Source: an uncultured Bacilli bacterium (GTDB lineage Bacteria; Bacillota_I; Bacilli_A; RF39; UBA660). Taken from it: 38,984 bases of DNA. The DNA lies in the NCBI GenBank assembly GCA_949440065.1, contig CASRZP010000002.1, positions 1-38,984 of the forward strand, given 5' to 3'. The position numbers and the translations under genes are program-made. Position 1 is the stretch's first letter; every line of letters starts with the position of its first letter. Positions 7,081-15,718 of this stretch are shown here, piece by piece. The notes below the pieces were generated by a model. The model saw only the letters and a program-made list of their open reading frames with translations, was not told the DNA's origin and made no database searches.

Positions 7081-9504
7081 ATGTTAGATAAAAAATATAA
7101 TGCAATAGAAAAAGAAGCAAAGTGGTTAAATTATTGGAAGGAAAATAAAATATATCAATTTAAGCCTGATCATCGTGAGGTGTTTTCGATTGATACGCCA
7201 CCTCCAACGGTAAATGGAAAAATTCATATAGGACATATTTTTTCCTATTCCCAAACAGAGATGATAGCAAGATACAAAAGACTATCAGGATATAATATTT
7301 TCTATCCCTTTGGTTTTGATGATAATGGCTTGCCAAGTGAACGATTAGTTGAAAAAGAACAAGGAAAAAGAGCACATGAGATAGGAAGAGAAGCTTTTTC
7401 TAAGTTGTGTTATGAAACAACCGATAAGTATGAAAAAGAATTTGAAGAGCTATTTAGTAAAATGGGAGTTAGTACCGATTGGGATATTCATTATAAAACC
7501 GTTAGCCCATCTACGATTAAAATTAGTCAAACCTCCTTTTTAGAGCTAGCAGAAAAAGGACATTGCTATCATAAAGAAAGTCCTGCTCTATGGTGTAATG
7601 AGTGTTTAACATCGATTGCACAAGCCGAGTTAGAAACAAAAACGATCAAAACAACGTTTAATTATGTTCACTTTAAAACCGTTGAAGATAACGAAGAGTT
7701 TACGATTGCTACAACACGTCCAGAGTTATTACCAGCGATTGTGTGTGTGTTTGTTAACCCAGATGATGATAAGCATAACCATTTAATTGGAAAACACGCC
7801 CATATTCCAGTTGTTGATGTTATAGTTCCTATTATGGGTGATGAAAAAGTTGCCATTGATAAAGGAACAGGTGTAGTTATGTGCTGTACCTTTGGAGATC
7901 AAACCGATATTGAATGGTGGAAGAAGTATAATTTGCCATTAAAATATATTTTTACAGAGCAAGGAAGAATTATTGATTCTGTTCCTAACTACGGTGGATT
8001 AAAGATTAAAGAAGCACGAGCAAAAATTATTGAAGACTTAACCAATGGTGGATTTGTTGAAAAAATTGAAGAGTTAGAACATGAAGTACAAACCCATGAG
8101 CGATGTGGAAGAGAAGTAGAATATGCTGTGATGAAACAATGGTTTATTGATATCATGAATCATAAAGACGACTTCTTAAAAATAGGAAACGAGATTAAGT
8201 GGCATCCAGAGTATATGAAAGCTCGTTATGATGAATGGGTAAATAATATTGCGTGGGATTGGTGTATTTCAAGACAACGTTACTTTGGTGTACCTTTTCC
8301 TGTATGGTATTGTAAGTCCTGTGGTGAACCAATTTTCGCGAAAATAGAAGATTTACCTGTTAACCCTTTAGTAGATAAGCCTCCTGTTACTAAATGTTCC
8401 TGTGGTTGTAGTGAGTTCATCGGTGAAACGGATGTTATGGATACTTGGGCAACATCATCGATTACGCCATTAATTAATATGCGATATAAGGAAAAAGATA
8501 ATTTTGAACAGTACTTAAAGCCAATGAGTTTAAGAACAAACGCTAGTGAAATTATTCGTACTTGGGATTTTTATACGATTGTTAAGAGTTTTTATCACTT
8601 TAATGAACGACCTTGGGATAATGTGATGATTTCAGGATTTGTTATGGCAAGTAAGGGTGAAAAAATTAGTAAAAGTAAGGGAAACAGTAAAGTGGAACCT
8701 CTTGCGTTAATCGAACAATATTCAGCTGATGTGATTCGCTACTGGGCAGCATCTGGTAGATTAGGTACAGATATTGTTTATAGTGAAGAAACCCTTTTAC
8801 GTGGACGAAAACTAGTCAATAAAATCTTTAATGTAGCGAAGTTCATTGAAATGCACTTAGAAGACTATCAAGATAAGGAAGTTGAACACTATGAATATCT
8901 TGATCGATGGATTATGGGAAAATATCAAGAAATGGAAGAAGGATTCTTAAAATATTTAGAAGATTATGAAATTGGGCTAGCTTTAAATCATTTAGAAAAG
9001 TTCTTCTGGAATTTCTGTGATAATTATATTGAAATTGTTAAACATCGCCTGTATCGACCAGAGGAGTTTGGAAATAGTGCAAGATACTCTGGACAAAAGA
9101 CAGTCTACACCCTTTTATATAAATTGCTACAAGACTTTAGTATTTTCTTTCCCTTTATTACTGAGGAGATTTACCAAGAGATATATCACCATGAAAAGTC
9201 AATTCACTTAACCACCATTACTCCGTTAACTTTTGATTTTAAAAAGGAAGTAGTAAATGGGGATATTATTGTCGATATCATTAGCCAAGCACGTGGTGAG
9301 AAGACTAACCATAATGTGTCATTAAAAACACCAATTGAATTAATGGAGTTAAGTGTAACCAGTGATGTAGCTAAGGCAATAAATGCATCCATCAAAGACT
9401 TTAGTGCAACTTTATTTATCAAAGATTTAAAAGTTGGTGTTGTTGATGATTTAATAAAAATAGAAAATATTGTCCTAGAATTAGAAGATAAGGAAGAAAA
9501 ATAG
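7081..9504 (+). CDS. valS: Class I aminoacyl-tRNA synthetase, most likely short (archaeal-type) valine--tRNA ligase
   Basis: IDTPPPTVNGKIHIGH (HIGH motif), KISKSKGN (KMSKS motif), WCISRQRYFGVPFPVW, and Zn-knuckle CxxC motifs. ATG 7081 lies after AAGAAAGGA and downstream of the T-box terminator, while the track's start at 7009 lies inside the leader. Valine is assigned from the N-terminal pattern plus the GUA specifier reading. Confidence 0.65.
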   Translation: MLDKKYNAIEKEAKWLNYWKENKIYQFKPDHREVFSIDTPPPTVNGKIHIGHIFSYSQTEMIARYKRLSGYNIFYPFGFDDNGLPSERLVEKEQGKRAHEIGREAFSKLCYETTDKYEKEFEELFSKMGVSTDWDIHYKTVSPSTIKISQTSFLELAEKGHCYHKESPALWCNECLTSIAQAELETKTIKTTFNYVHFKTVEDNEEFTIATTRPELLPAIVCVFVNPDDDKHNHLIGKHAHIPVVDVIVPIMGDEKVAIDKGTGVVMCCTFGDQTDIEWWKKYNLPLKYIFTEQGRIIDSVPNYGGLKIKEARAKIIEDLTNGGFVEKIEELEHEVQTHERCGREVEYAVMKQWFIDIMNHKDDFLKIGNEIKWHPEYMKARYDEWVNNIAWDWCISRQRYFGVPFPVWYCKSCGEPIFAKIEDLPVNPLVDKPPVTKCSCGCSEFIGETDVMDTWATSSITPLINMRYKEKDNFEQYLKPMSLRTNASEIIRTWDFYTIVKSFYHFNERPWDNVMISGFVMASKGEKISKSKGNSKVEPLALIEQYSADVIRYWAASGRLGTDIVYSEETLLRGRKLVNKIFNVAKFIEMHLEDYQDKEVEHYEYLDRWIMGKYQEMEEGFLKYLEDYEIGLALNHLEKFFWNFCDNYIEIVKHRLYRPEEFGNSARYSGQKTVYTLLYKLLQDFSIFFPFITEEIYQEIYHHEKSIHLTTITPLTFDFKKEVVNGDIIVDIISQARGEKTNHNVSLKTPIELMELSVTSDVAKAINASIKDFSATLFIKDLKVGVVDDLIKIENIVLELEDKEEK

Positions 9505-9512
9505 GAGTTTTC

Positions 9513-10580
9513 ATGAAAAAGAAAATCATTATTTTACTTTTGGTAATCGTAATAGCAACTTTTGGTGTAGGAATCATCTTTTATGCTTTTGCTAATCCTT
9601 TTTTAAAAATTACATTGATTGGAGAAGATGTTCTTACTTTGGAAGTTGGTAGCACTTATCAAGAAGAAGGGGTTAAGGTAGAAGGAACGAAGGAAAATTA
9701 TCAAGTAGCAGGAAATATAGATAGTAATAAAGTTGGCAATTATGAATTAGAGTATTCCATTCAAAATATGATGACGAAGAAGAAGGTTAAGCGAAGTATT
9801 CAAGTAGTAGATACCACTACTCCTGTTATTGAGCTAAAAGAAAGTGATGTTACGATATATGAAAAAGAAGAATATCACGAACCTGGATATCAAGCATTAG
9901 ATAATTATGACGGAGATATTATCAATAAGGTTATGGTGAATACTACCTTAGATAATCAAAAAGAAGGAGAGTATACCATTACTTATGAAGTAGAAGACTC
10001 TAGCAAGAATAAATCATCAGTAACGAGAATTGTTATGGTAAAAAAACGTCCTGTTGTACAAAAGCCTAGTAATAATGTACAACTACCGTATGTAAAAGGC
10101 ATTCTTCTTGTGAATAAAAAGTATCATTTACCTAGTAATTATAATCCAGGTGTTGATAGGGCGGCATACCAAGCATTGGAAAAAATGCAAAATGATGCTC
10201 GTGGTTTAGGGTATAATTTAACTATGGTTTCAGGATTTCGTTCCTACTGGACGCAACAAGCGATATATAATCGAAATGTACAAATGGATGGGGAAGAGTT
10301 AGCAAACACTTATTCAGCAAAACCAGGAGAGAGTGAACATCAGTCAGGCCTAGCTTTTGATGTAGGAGCAATTGATGATAACTTTGGAGAAACTCCTCAA
10401 GGAAAATGGCTTCATGAAAATTGTCACAAGTATGGTTTTATTCTTCGTTATTTAAAAGGTAAAGAAAATATTACGGGATACAAGTATGAACCATGGCACA
10501 TTAGATATGTTGGCGTAGAGGTTGCCACCAAGATTTATGAAAAAGGAATTACCCTTGAAGAATATCTGGGAGTAAATTAG
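9513..10580 (+). CDS. Membrane-anchored VanY/M15B-family D-alanyl-D-alanine carboxypeptidase with Ig-like (DUF5011-type) repeats
   Basis: N-terminal TM segment. The DTTTPVI...YHEPGYQALDNYDGDI...GEYTITYEVEDSSKN Ig-like module is followed by SGFRSYWTQ, SEHQSGLAFDV and YEPWHIRYVG, which are VanY zinc-peptidase motifs. Confidence 0.8.
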   Translation: MKKKIIILLLVIVIATFGVGIIFYAFANPFLKITLIGEDVLTLEVGSTYQEEGVKVEGTKENYQVAGNIDSNKVGNYELEYSIQNMMTKKKVKRSIQVVDTTTPVIELKESDVTIYEKEEYHEPGYQALDNYDGDIINKVMVNTTLDNQKEGEYTITYEVEDSSKNKSSVTRIVMVKKRPVVQKPSNNVQLPYVKGILLVNKKYHLPSNYNPGVDRAAYQALEKMQNDARGLGYNLTMVSGFRSYWTQQAIYNRNVQMDGEELANTYSAKPGESEHQSGLAFDVGAIDDNFGETPQGKWLHENCHKYGFILRYLKGKENITGYKYEPWHIRYVGVEVATKIYEKGITLEEYLGVN

Positions 10581-10651
10581 ACTTGTGATAAAAAAATTGA
10601 CATTTTACTTATTTAATGATTATGTTGTTATTAAGAAAGGAGATATATTTG

Positions 10652-10843
10652 ATGAAACATATCCGTAAACTTACGATAAATAGAAATTTACTTATACCAT
10701 TATATAAACCATCGGATTTCATAACTAGAGAATACAAAGGTTTTATTGATTCTTTGGCTAAGGATTCTATAACAGAAGCTCAAAAAGCAAAGAAGAAAAG
10801 ACGAGAAGAGTTTATCAAAAAAGATGGTTCTAGTCTTATTTAA
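10652..10843 (+). CDS. Hypothetical small basic protein
   Basis: AAAGGAG lies 8 nt before ATG 10652, so the track's start at 10616 is probably too early. No recognisable motifs. Confidence 0.4.
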   Translation: MKHIRKLTINRNLLIPLYKPSDFITREYKGFIDSLAKDSITEAQKAKKKRREEFIKKDGSSLI

Positions 10844-10918
10844 AGTGTATAGATAACGTAGGTAAGACTTAAGTAACAGAGTATTCGTGCCGTTAAATTT
10901 AAAACCTTAATTAACTAC

Positions 10919-10947
10919 TTGAAAAGAAATAACAAATTTGATATGAT
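10919..10947 (+). promoter_or_regulatory. Sigma-A-type promoter driving the G10 leader and the LRR-protein gene
   Basis: TTGAAA (10919-10924), 17-nt spacer, TATGAT (10942-10947). Confidence 0.6.
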
Positions 10948-10975
10948 TATTTTATGATAAAGGTAGGTGTTAAAA

Positions 10976-11059
10976 ATGAGAAAATTAAATGATATAAATT
11001 TTTCTTCTAACACCACTTTTGTTAACCCTAGATTAACTAGGGGGGGGGGTAGACCTTAA
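10976..11059 (+). promoter_or_regulatory. Leader mini-ORF (MRKLNDINFSSNTTFVNPRLTRGGGRP) containing a G10 homopolymer at 11040-11049
   Basis: RBS AAGGTAGG before ATG 10976. The G10 tract is read as AGG GGG GGG GGT. CCCTAG-attaa-CTAGGG hairpin at 11026-11042. The core AACTAGGGGGGGGGGTA is the same as at 5392-5408. Confidence 0.5.
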
Positions 11060-11083
11060 AATAAAATTAAATCATAAGAACCA

Positions 11084-11114
11084 AAAGAACGTGAAGAAAT
11101 TTACGTTCTTTTTC
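11084..11114 (+). terminator. Intrinsic terminator / attenuator between the leader mini-ORF and the LRR-protein gene
   Basis: AGAACGT-gaagaaattt-ACGTTCT hairpin followed by TTTTT. Only about 26 nt separate it from ATG 11140, which leaves no room for an independent promoter. Confidence 0.65.
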
Positions 11115-11139
11115 GTGGTTCAAAGAAAGGAAAAAGAAA

Positions 11140-12738
11140 ATGAAATCAAGAAAAAAACTTATTTTATCTAGTGCACTTTTATTCGTGTTAGTACTAGTAA
11201 CCATAGGAGTAACTTATGCAGTGTTTACTTTTAGTAGAGAAGGTGCCATTGAAAATACTTTGGAAACAGGAACAGTCACTTTAACGTATACCGAAGGAAA
11301 AACAGGAATTACCTTAAATGAAGCATACCCAATTTCAGATGATGCTGGTAAAGTTTTAACGGGAGTTAATCATGTGTTTGACTTTACTGTTCAAGCCAAT
11401 TTATCGAAATCCATGTCTATTAATTACGAAGTTACAGCAGTTAAGATTCCTATTACTGATATGACATCTTTAGAAGATAATGAAGTAAAACTATATTTAG
11501 AACGAGCCATAGATCCAGAAGTAGAATACCAAGAAGTTTTAGCACCTAGTAATTTTATACCAAGGGAAGAACAAAGTAGTCTAGGATCACCTTCAGGTTC
11601 GATGATATTAGATCAAGGATCATTCACCAATCAAGGAACAACAATACATAACTATCGTCTACGTATGTGGATAGCAGATGATGCTGTTATTCCTAGTGGT
11701 GAATCAAGAAAATATGGAGTAAGGGTCAATGTTTATGCTAGTCAATCAGGAGTAAAGATGGATGAGAGTTGTTTTACCTTTGATGATACTACAGGAACCA
11801 TTATAGGATATTCTGATAACTGTTCAAAAGATGTAGTCATTCCTAATCAAATTAATGGAGTAGAAGTTGTAGCTATTGGTGATCGCTCTCTTAGAGAAAA
11901 AGGATTAACATCAGTAAATATTTCTAATACTGTAAAATCTATAGGCCGATCATCTTTTTCGGAAAATTTATTGAGCGAAATAGAAATTCCTGAAGGTGTA
12001 AAGGAAATTGGAGATTTTGCCTTTATGGATAATCGATTAACTAAACTTACTATTCCTAGTAGTGTAACAAAAATAGGAAAGAACCCTTTTAATAATAACC
12101 AATTATCTGATGAAGATGCCTTTATTTACAAAAGAGATGAATTTGGAAACATTGACTATACCACTATTATCAGTTACGGTGGGGCACGACGAGATAATGT
12201 TGTTATCCCTAGTGGAGTAACAACAATTGCTACAAAAGCTTTTGATGGAAATAAGCTAACAAGCGTTATCTTGCCAGAGGGTTTACTTACTATAGGAAGT
12301 GATGCCTTTCATAACAATCTACTTACTTCTATTACTATACCAAGTAGTGTAACTAGTATTGGTATAGCATCTTTTAATGATAATCAATTAAGTGATAACG
12401 AAGCTTTTATTTATCAAAGAAACGAAGATGGAAGTATTGATTATACAACGATTGTTAGTTACGGAGGAAAAAATAGAGATATTGTGACTATTCCTGATCA
12501 GGTTAAGACTATACGATATTATGCACTAGCTTATAATTCATTAAAACAGGTAATTATACCAAGTGGTGTTACCACTATCCAATCAGACGCCTTATTAAGC
12601 AATCAATTAACTAAGATTATCAATAAAACAGGAAAAAGTTTTAACTGGGGTACGATAACAGGTGGAACAACAACGTCAACATTTGTAACAGGAACTATAC
12701 CGCATAAAAATGGTGATATTATTGTAACTAGCGAATAA
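11140..12738 (+). CDS. Exported surface protein: TasA/SipW-type signal peptide, TasA/camelysin-like N-terminal beta domain, and BspA-type leucine-rich repeats
   Basis: N-terminus is MKSRKKLILSSALLFVLVLVTIGVTYAVFTFS...TGTVTLT, a SipW-cognate-like motif. NYRLRMWIADD...YGVRVNVYA follows. BspA-like LRR units (VVIP..I.G..V..IG..AF....LTS..IP.SV..IG) span about aa 207-495. Confidence 0.75.
   Translation: MKSRKKLILSSALLFVLVLVTIGVTYAVFTFSREGAIENTLETGTVTLTYTEGKTGITLNEAYPISDDAGKVLTGVNHVFDFTVQANLSKSMSINYEVTAVKIPITDMTSLEDNEVKLYLERAIDPEVEYQEVLAPSNFIPREEQSSLGSPSGSMILDQGSFTNQGTTIHNYRLRMWIADDAVIPSGESRKYGVRVNVYASQSGVKMDESCFTFDDTTGTIIGYSDNCSKDVVIPNQINGVEVVAIGDRSLREKGLTSVNISNTVKSIGRSSFSENLLSEIEIPEGVKEIGDFAFMDNRLTKLTIPSSVTKIGKNPFNNNQLSDEDAFIYKRDEFGNIDYTTIISYGGARRDNVVIPSGVTTIATKAFDGNKLTSVILPEGLLTIGSDAFHNNLLTSITIPSSVTSIGIASFNDNQLSDNEAFIYQRNEDGSIDYTTIVSYGGKNRDIVTIPDQVKTIRYYALAYNSLKQVIIPSGVTTIQSDALLSNQLTKIINKTGKSFNWGTITGGTTTSTFVTGTIPHKNGDIIVTSE
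12049..12618 (+). repeat. Internal tandem duplication (about 285 nt / 95 aa per unit) inside the LRR gene
   Basis: TIPSSVTKIGKNPFNNNQLSDEDAFIYKRDEFGNIDYTTIISYGGARRDNVVIPSGVTTI compares with TIPSSVTSIGIASFNDNQLSDNEAFIYQRNEDGSIDYTTIVSYGGKNRDIVTIPDQVKTI. Confidence 0.7.
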
Positions 12739-12758
12739 GAACATTCTTGTTCTTTTTT
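12737..12758 (+). terminator. Rho-independent terminator
   Basis: AAGAACA-ttct-TGTTCTT hairpin followed by TTTT. Confidence 0.7.
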
Positions 12759-12874
12759 CGTAAAAATGGAAAAATAAAAATAGAAATGAAATTTCTTCAT
12801 TTTTTCTTTCCAAATTCTTAAAATTGTGTTAGAATATTAGCTCATACAGCACATTATCGTTAGGAGTTGGAAGT

Positions 12875-14590
12875 ATGGCGATTATTGATTTAAAAGAAGG
12901 CAATAAACCATTTATTTGTAATAAGTGTGGTTCTTTAATTCTAAAAATAAATGATGATGAGGAAGCTTTATTAGAACGCTTTAAAAAAGAAGATATGGTC
13001 AATGAGACAATACGTTTTACTTATGCTGAGAAGGAACCTGGAGACTCTTGGGGACTAGCTACTAGAAATAGACGAATTGAATTAGAAAACAAATATCGTA
13101 ACCTTCTATTTAATGGCATTATCAATAAAGACTTTTCTGTAAACGAAGAACAATTAAACGTAAGTTATCAAAGCGGAAATTTACTTCTATATAACTATAA
13201 CATTGAAGTACCTTATGCCTTTACCTTAAACAAGGGAAAAATTGAAAGTCTATCCATCAAATTTATAAAAGAAGAGAATATTGATTGTCCGATATGTCAT
13301 GGAACACTAATTGAATCAGAGGATTACATTAATACCGTAAAATGTAAGAATTATTTTGAAAAAGATGATGCTTATATCGTAGCTAACAATTTCAATAATT
13401 TTTACGATATGTATAGTAAAGAAAAAAGTGATGAGAGTTTTTCCCATCAAGAGGTCAATGCAAAAGATTTATTATTTAATTTAATTCATGTGAATAAACA
13501 CATTCAAGTTTTAGAAGAAGAAGTAAAAGTGTTAATGAAAAAACAAAGACCTGTAGGGCGCCTTTTACAAAGAACGATTTCTTTATTTCGCAAAAACGTT
13601 GAAGAATGGGTAATTAAATTAACGGATTTAGATGATAATCAAGAAAAAGATAACTTTTTAGATGAACATCAAATTACTAAAGTTTCACTAAAAGATTGTC
13701 CTGTTGCTCCTATAGCACCTAAGGTTCCTGAGCGACCAGTGCTACCTGAAGAGTTAGTATTAGAAAAAGTGAGCTTCTTTAACAAAAAGAAAATTATAGA
13801 AAAAAATCAACAACTATTAAAAGACTATAATACCAAAAAACTACAGTACGCTGATGCTTTAACCGAGTATGAAATTAGCTTACGTGAATATGAAAGTGCT
13901 AAGAAAGTTTACGAAGAACAAATGGTACAATACAACATCCAAAAAGAAGCTTTTGATTTAAAATATAGTGAGTATGCTAGACAAGTAAGTGAGTTAATTA
14001 CTGCTAAGATTGATGGACTAATGAAGCTCTTAACCGTGGAAGCAGAACTTAATAAAGAACAGTTAGAAGAAGTCATGGAAAAATATGAAATTCCCGTGGA
14101 GTACAAAATGGATTATTACCAAGTAAAAGAACAATTTGATTTCTATCAAAATACGATTGAAGAGATGAAAGAAAAGTTAATAGAATTATATAAAACAAGA
14201 AATGATTTACTTAGCTTAGATGTTATCTATCCAAAATATAGCGATTTAATTTCTTTAACTACCATGTATGAATACTTTGTCACAGGAAGAGTAAATACCC
14301 TAACTGGAGTAGCTGGAGCATATCGTTTATATGAAAGTGAAAGTGGTGATAAAACCATTAATACTAAGTGGGATGACATTGTAAACGAGTTAGATAAAAT
14401 TAAAGAAAATCAATTCCTTTTATATAACGTCATTTGTGATATTAGAAATGCTTGGGTATCTTTCCATCTAACCGATGAAGAAATTAATCAAGAAGTAGTC
14501 GTTAAATTTAACGAAGCAAAAGAAGAATACTACAATAAATTAATGGCTGACTGCACGAGCGCTAACACTTTTCTATCTGCTTTAGCCTAA
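12875..14590 (+). CDS. Hypothetical 571-aa cytoplasmic protein with CxxC pairs and a long coiled-coil region
   Basis: RBS TAGGAG before the ATG, with an extended -10 TGtTAGAAT upstream. CNKC (aa 15-18) and CPIC (about aa 137-140). Pro-rich linker PVAPIAPKVPERPVLPEE. K/E-rich heptad-like segment at about aa 300-440. No TM segment and no recognisable enzymatic motif. Confidence 0.6.
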   Translation: MAIIDLKEGNKPFICNKCGSLILKINDDEEALLERFKKEDMVNETIRFTYAEKEPGDSWGLATRNRRIELENKYRNLLFNGIINKDFSVNEEQLNVSYQSGNLLLYNYNIEVPYAFTLNKGKIESLSIKFIKEENIDCPICHGTLIESEDYINTVKCKNYFEKDDAYIVANNFNNFYDMYSKEKSDESFSHQEVNAKDLLFNLIHVNKHIQVLEEEVKVLMKKQRPVGRLLQRTISLFRKNVEEWVIKLTDLDDNQEKDNFLDEHQITKVSLKDCPVAPIAPKVPERPVLPEELVLEKVSFFNKKKIIEKNQQLLKDYNTKKLQYADALTEYEISLREYESAKKVYEEQMVQYNIQKEAFDLKYSEYARQVSELITAKIDGLMKLLTVEAELNKEQLEEVMEKYEIPVEYKMDYYQVKEQFDFYQNTIEEMKEKLIELYKTRNDLLSLDVIYPKYSDLISLTTMYEYFVTGRVNTLTGVAGAYRLYESESGDKTINTKWDDIVNELDKIKENQFLLYNVICDIRNAWVSFHLTDEEINQEVVVKFNEAKEEYYNKLMADCTSANTFLSALA

Positions 14591-14608
14591 ATCAAATTAT
14601 CGAGTAAA

Positions 14609-14636
14609 GAGCAAAACCTAAAATTTTGTTCTTTTT
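14609..14636 (+). terminator. Rho-independent terminator
   Basis: GAGCAAAA-cctaaaa-TTTTGTTC hairpin (one G-U pair) followed by TTTTT. Confidence 0.6.
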
Positions 14637-14686
14637 GTATAAATAAAAACAAACCATCTCATATTAAAAAAAGAAAGGAGATAAAC

Positions 14687-14893
14687 ATGAATCAAGTACC
14701 TGTTATGATTTCAACAAAAGACTTAGCATACATCGAAGATATGATGCATTGGAACTTTACCGATAGCAAAAAGGCATTTCACTTTGAACAAGAAATTACT
14801 GATCTTGAAATTAAAGAGATGGCTCATCGTATTGCCATTATGCATAAAGAACACATCAAAAAATTATTAAATATGTTAAAAATAGGAGGATAA
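14687..14893 (+). CDS. Small hypothetical protein co-transcribed with the cotF-like gene
   Basis: RBS AAAGGAG. Its stop lies 1 nt before the next start. No recognised motif. Confidence 0.5.
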   Translation: MNQVPVMISTKDLAYIEDMMHWNFTDSKKAFHFEQEITDLEIKEMAHRIAIMHKEHIKKLLNMLKIGG

Positions 14894-14894
14894 C

Positions 14895-15212
14895 ATGAAT
14901 CAAAATATGATAGGAAATCCTAAAACAGAAGTTCCTAAAACCAAAGAAATGAATGATGAAAATTACTTAAATAGCTTACTCGAATGCTTAAAAAACATTA
15001 CCAATAATTATTCTATTGCACTAAATGAAATGAGTAATGAAGAGCTTTACCAACAATTGTTTTCACTATTTCAAGAAGCTCAAGATATGCAAAGAAAAAC
15101 CTTTGAACTAGCTTTTAGAAAAGGGTGGTATACTCTTGAGAAAGCAGAAGAGGCTAAAATTACTAAGGCGATAAACAAAATGGAAGGACAGTTAAATGAA
15201 GTAGTAGATTAG
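14895..15212 (+). CDS. Spore coat protein, CotF (Coat_F) family
   Basis: MNDENYLNSLLECLKNITNNYSIALNEMSNEELYQQLFSLFQEAQDMQRKTFELAFRKGWY matches the Coat_F pattern (L..EK.....Y..A..E..N..L.........Q...F..M...GWY). Confidence 0.7.
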   Translation: MNQNMIGNPKTEVPKTKEMNDENYLNSLLECLKNITNNYSIALNEMSNEELYQQLFSLFQEAQDMQRKTFELAFRKGWYTLEKAEEAKITKAINKMEGQLNEVVD

Positions 15213-15234
15213 ATAAGCTCACCTTATCTTTTTC
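15212..15234 (+). terminator. Rho-independent terminator
   Basis: GATAAG-ctcac-CTTATC hairpin followed by TTTTT. Confidence 0.6.
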
Positions 15235-15247
15235 TTAATGAAAAATA

Positions 15248-15274
15248 TTAGCACTTTGTGTTGACAAGTGCTAA
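15248..15274. promoter_or_regulatory. CIRCE operator (HrcA binding site)
   Basis: TTAGCACTT-N9-AAGTGCTAA compared with the consensus TTAGCACTC-N9-GAGTGCTAA. The one change per arm is compensatory, so the inverted repeat remains perfect. Confidence 0.85.
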
Positions 15275-15289
15275 AAGAAGTGCTAGAAT
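15261..15289 (+). promoter_or_regulatory. Sigma-A promoter overlapping the CIRCE element
   Basis: TTGACA (15261-15266), 17-nt spacer, TAGAAT (15284-15289). Confidence 0.7.
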
Positions 15290-15314
15290 GTTTAATGAAA
15301 GGAAAGTGATAGAT

Positions 15315-15713
15315 ATGGATTTAATTCCAAGAAATCTATATAATTTAGACGACATTTTTGACCATTTTATGCCAATTGAAAAAATGGATCCAATGAAGTG
15401 TGATATATACGAAAAGGATGGGAATTATCATATTGAATTAGATGTTCCTGGCTTTAAAAAAGAAGATATCAATATTGAAATAAAAGATGGACACTTAAAT
15501 ATTGTAGCAGAGAAAAATAGTGAAGTAAACGATGAAGATAAGGATAAAAAATATATTCGTCGTGAACGTAGCTATGGAAAATATCAACGTTCCTTTGCTA
15601 TAGGAGAAGTTGATCCTGGTAAAATTACTGCTGAATTTACCGATGGTACGTTAAAAATTGTAGTACCTAAACAAGAAGCAGTTGAAACAAAAAGAAGAAT
15701 TGAAATTCAGTAA
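15315..15713 (+). CDS. Hsp20 / alpha-crystallin family small heat-shock protein
   Basis: ATG 15315 follows AAAGGAAAGTG, so the track's start at 15258 overlaps the promoter. The alpha-crystallin core reads DIYEKDGNYHIELDVPGFKKEDINIEIKDGHLNIVAEK...ERSYGKYQRSFAIGEVD...A.F.DGTLKIVVPK. Confidence 0.9.
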   Translation: MDLIPRNLYNLDDIFDHFMPIEKMDPMKCDIYEKDGNYHIELDVPGFKKEDINIEIKDGHLNIVAEKNSEVNDEDKDKKYIRRERSYGKYQRSFAIGEVDPGKITAEFTDGTLKIVVPKQEAVETKRRIEIQ

Positions 15714-15718
15714 GCATT

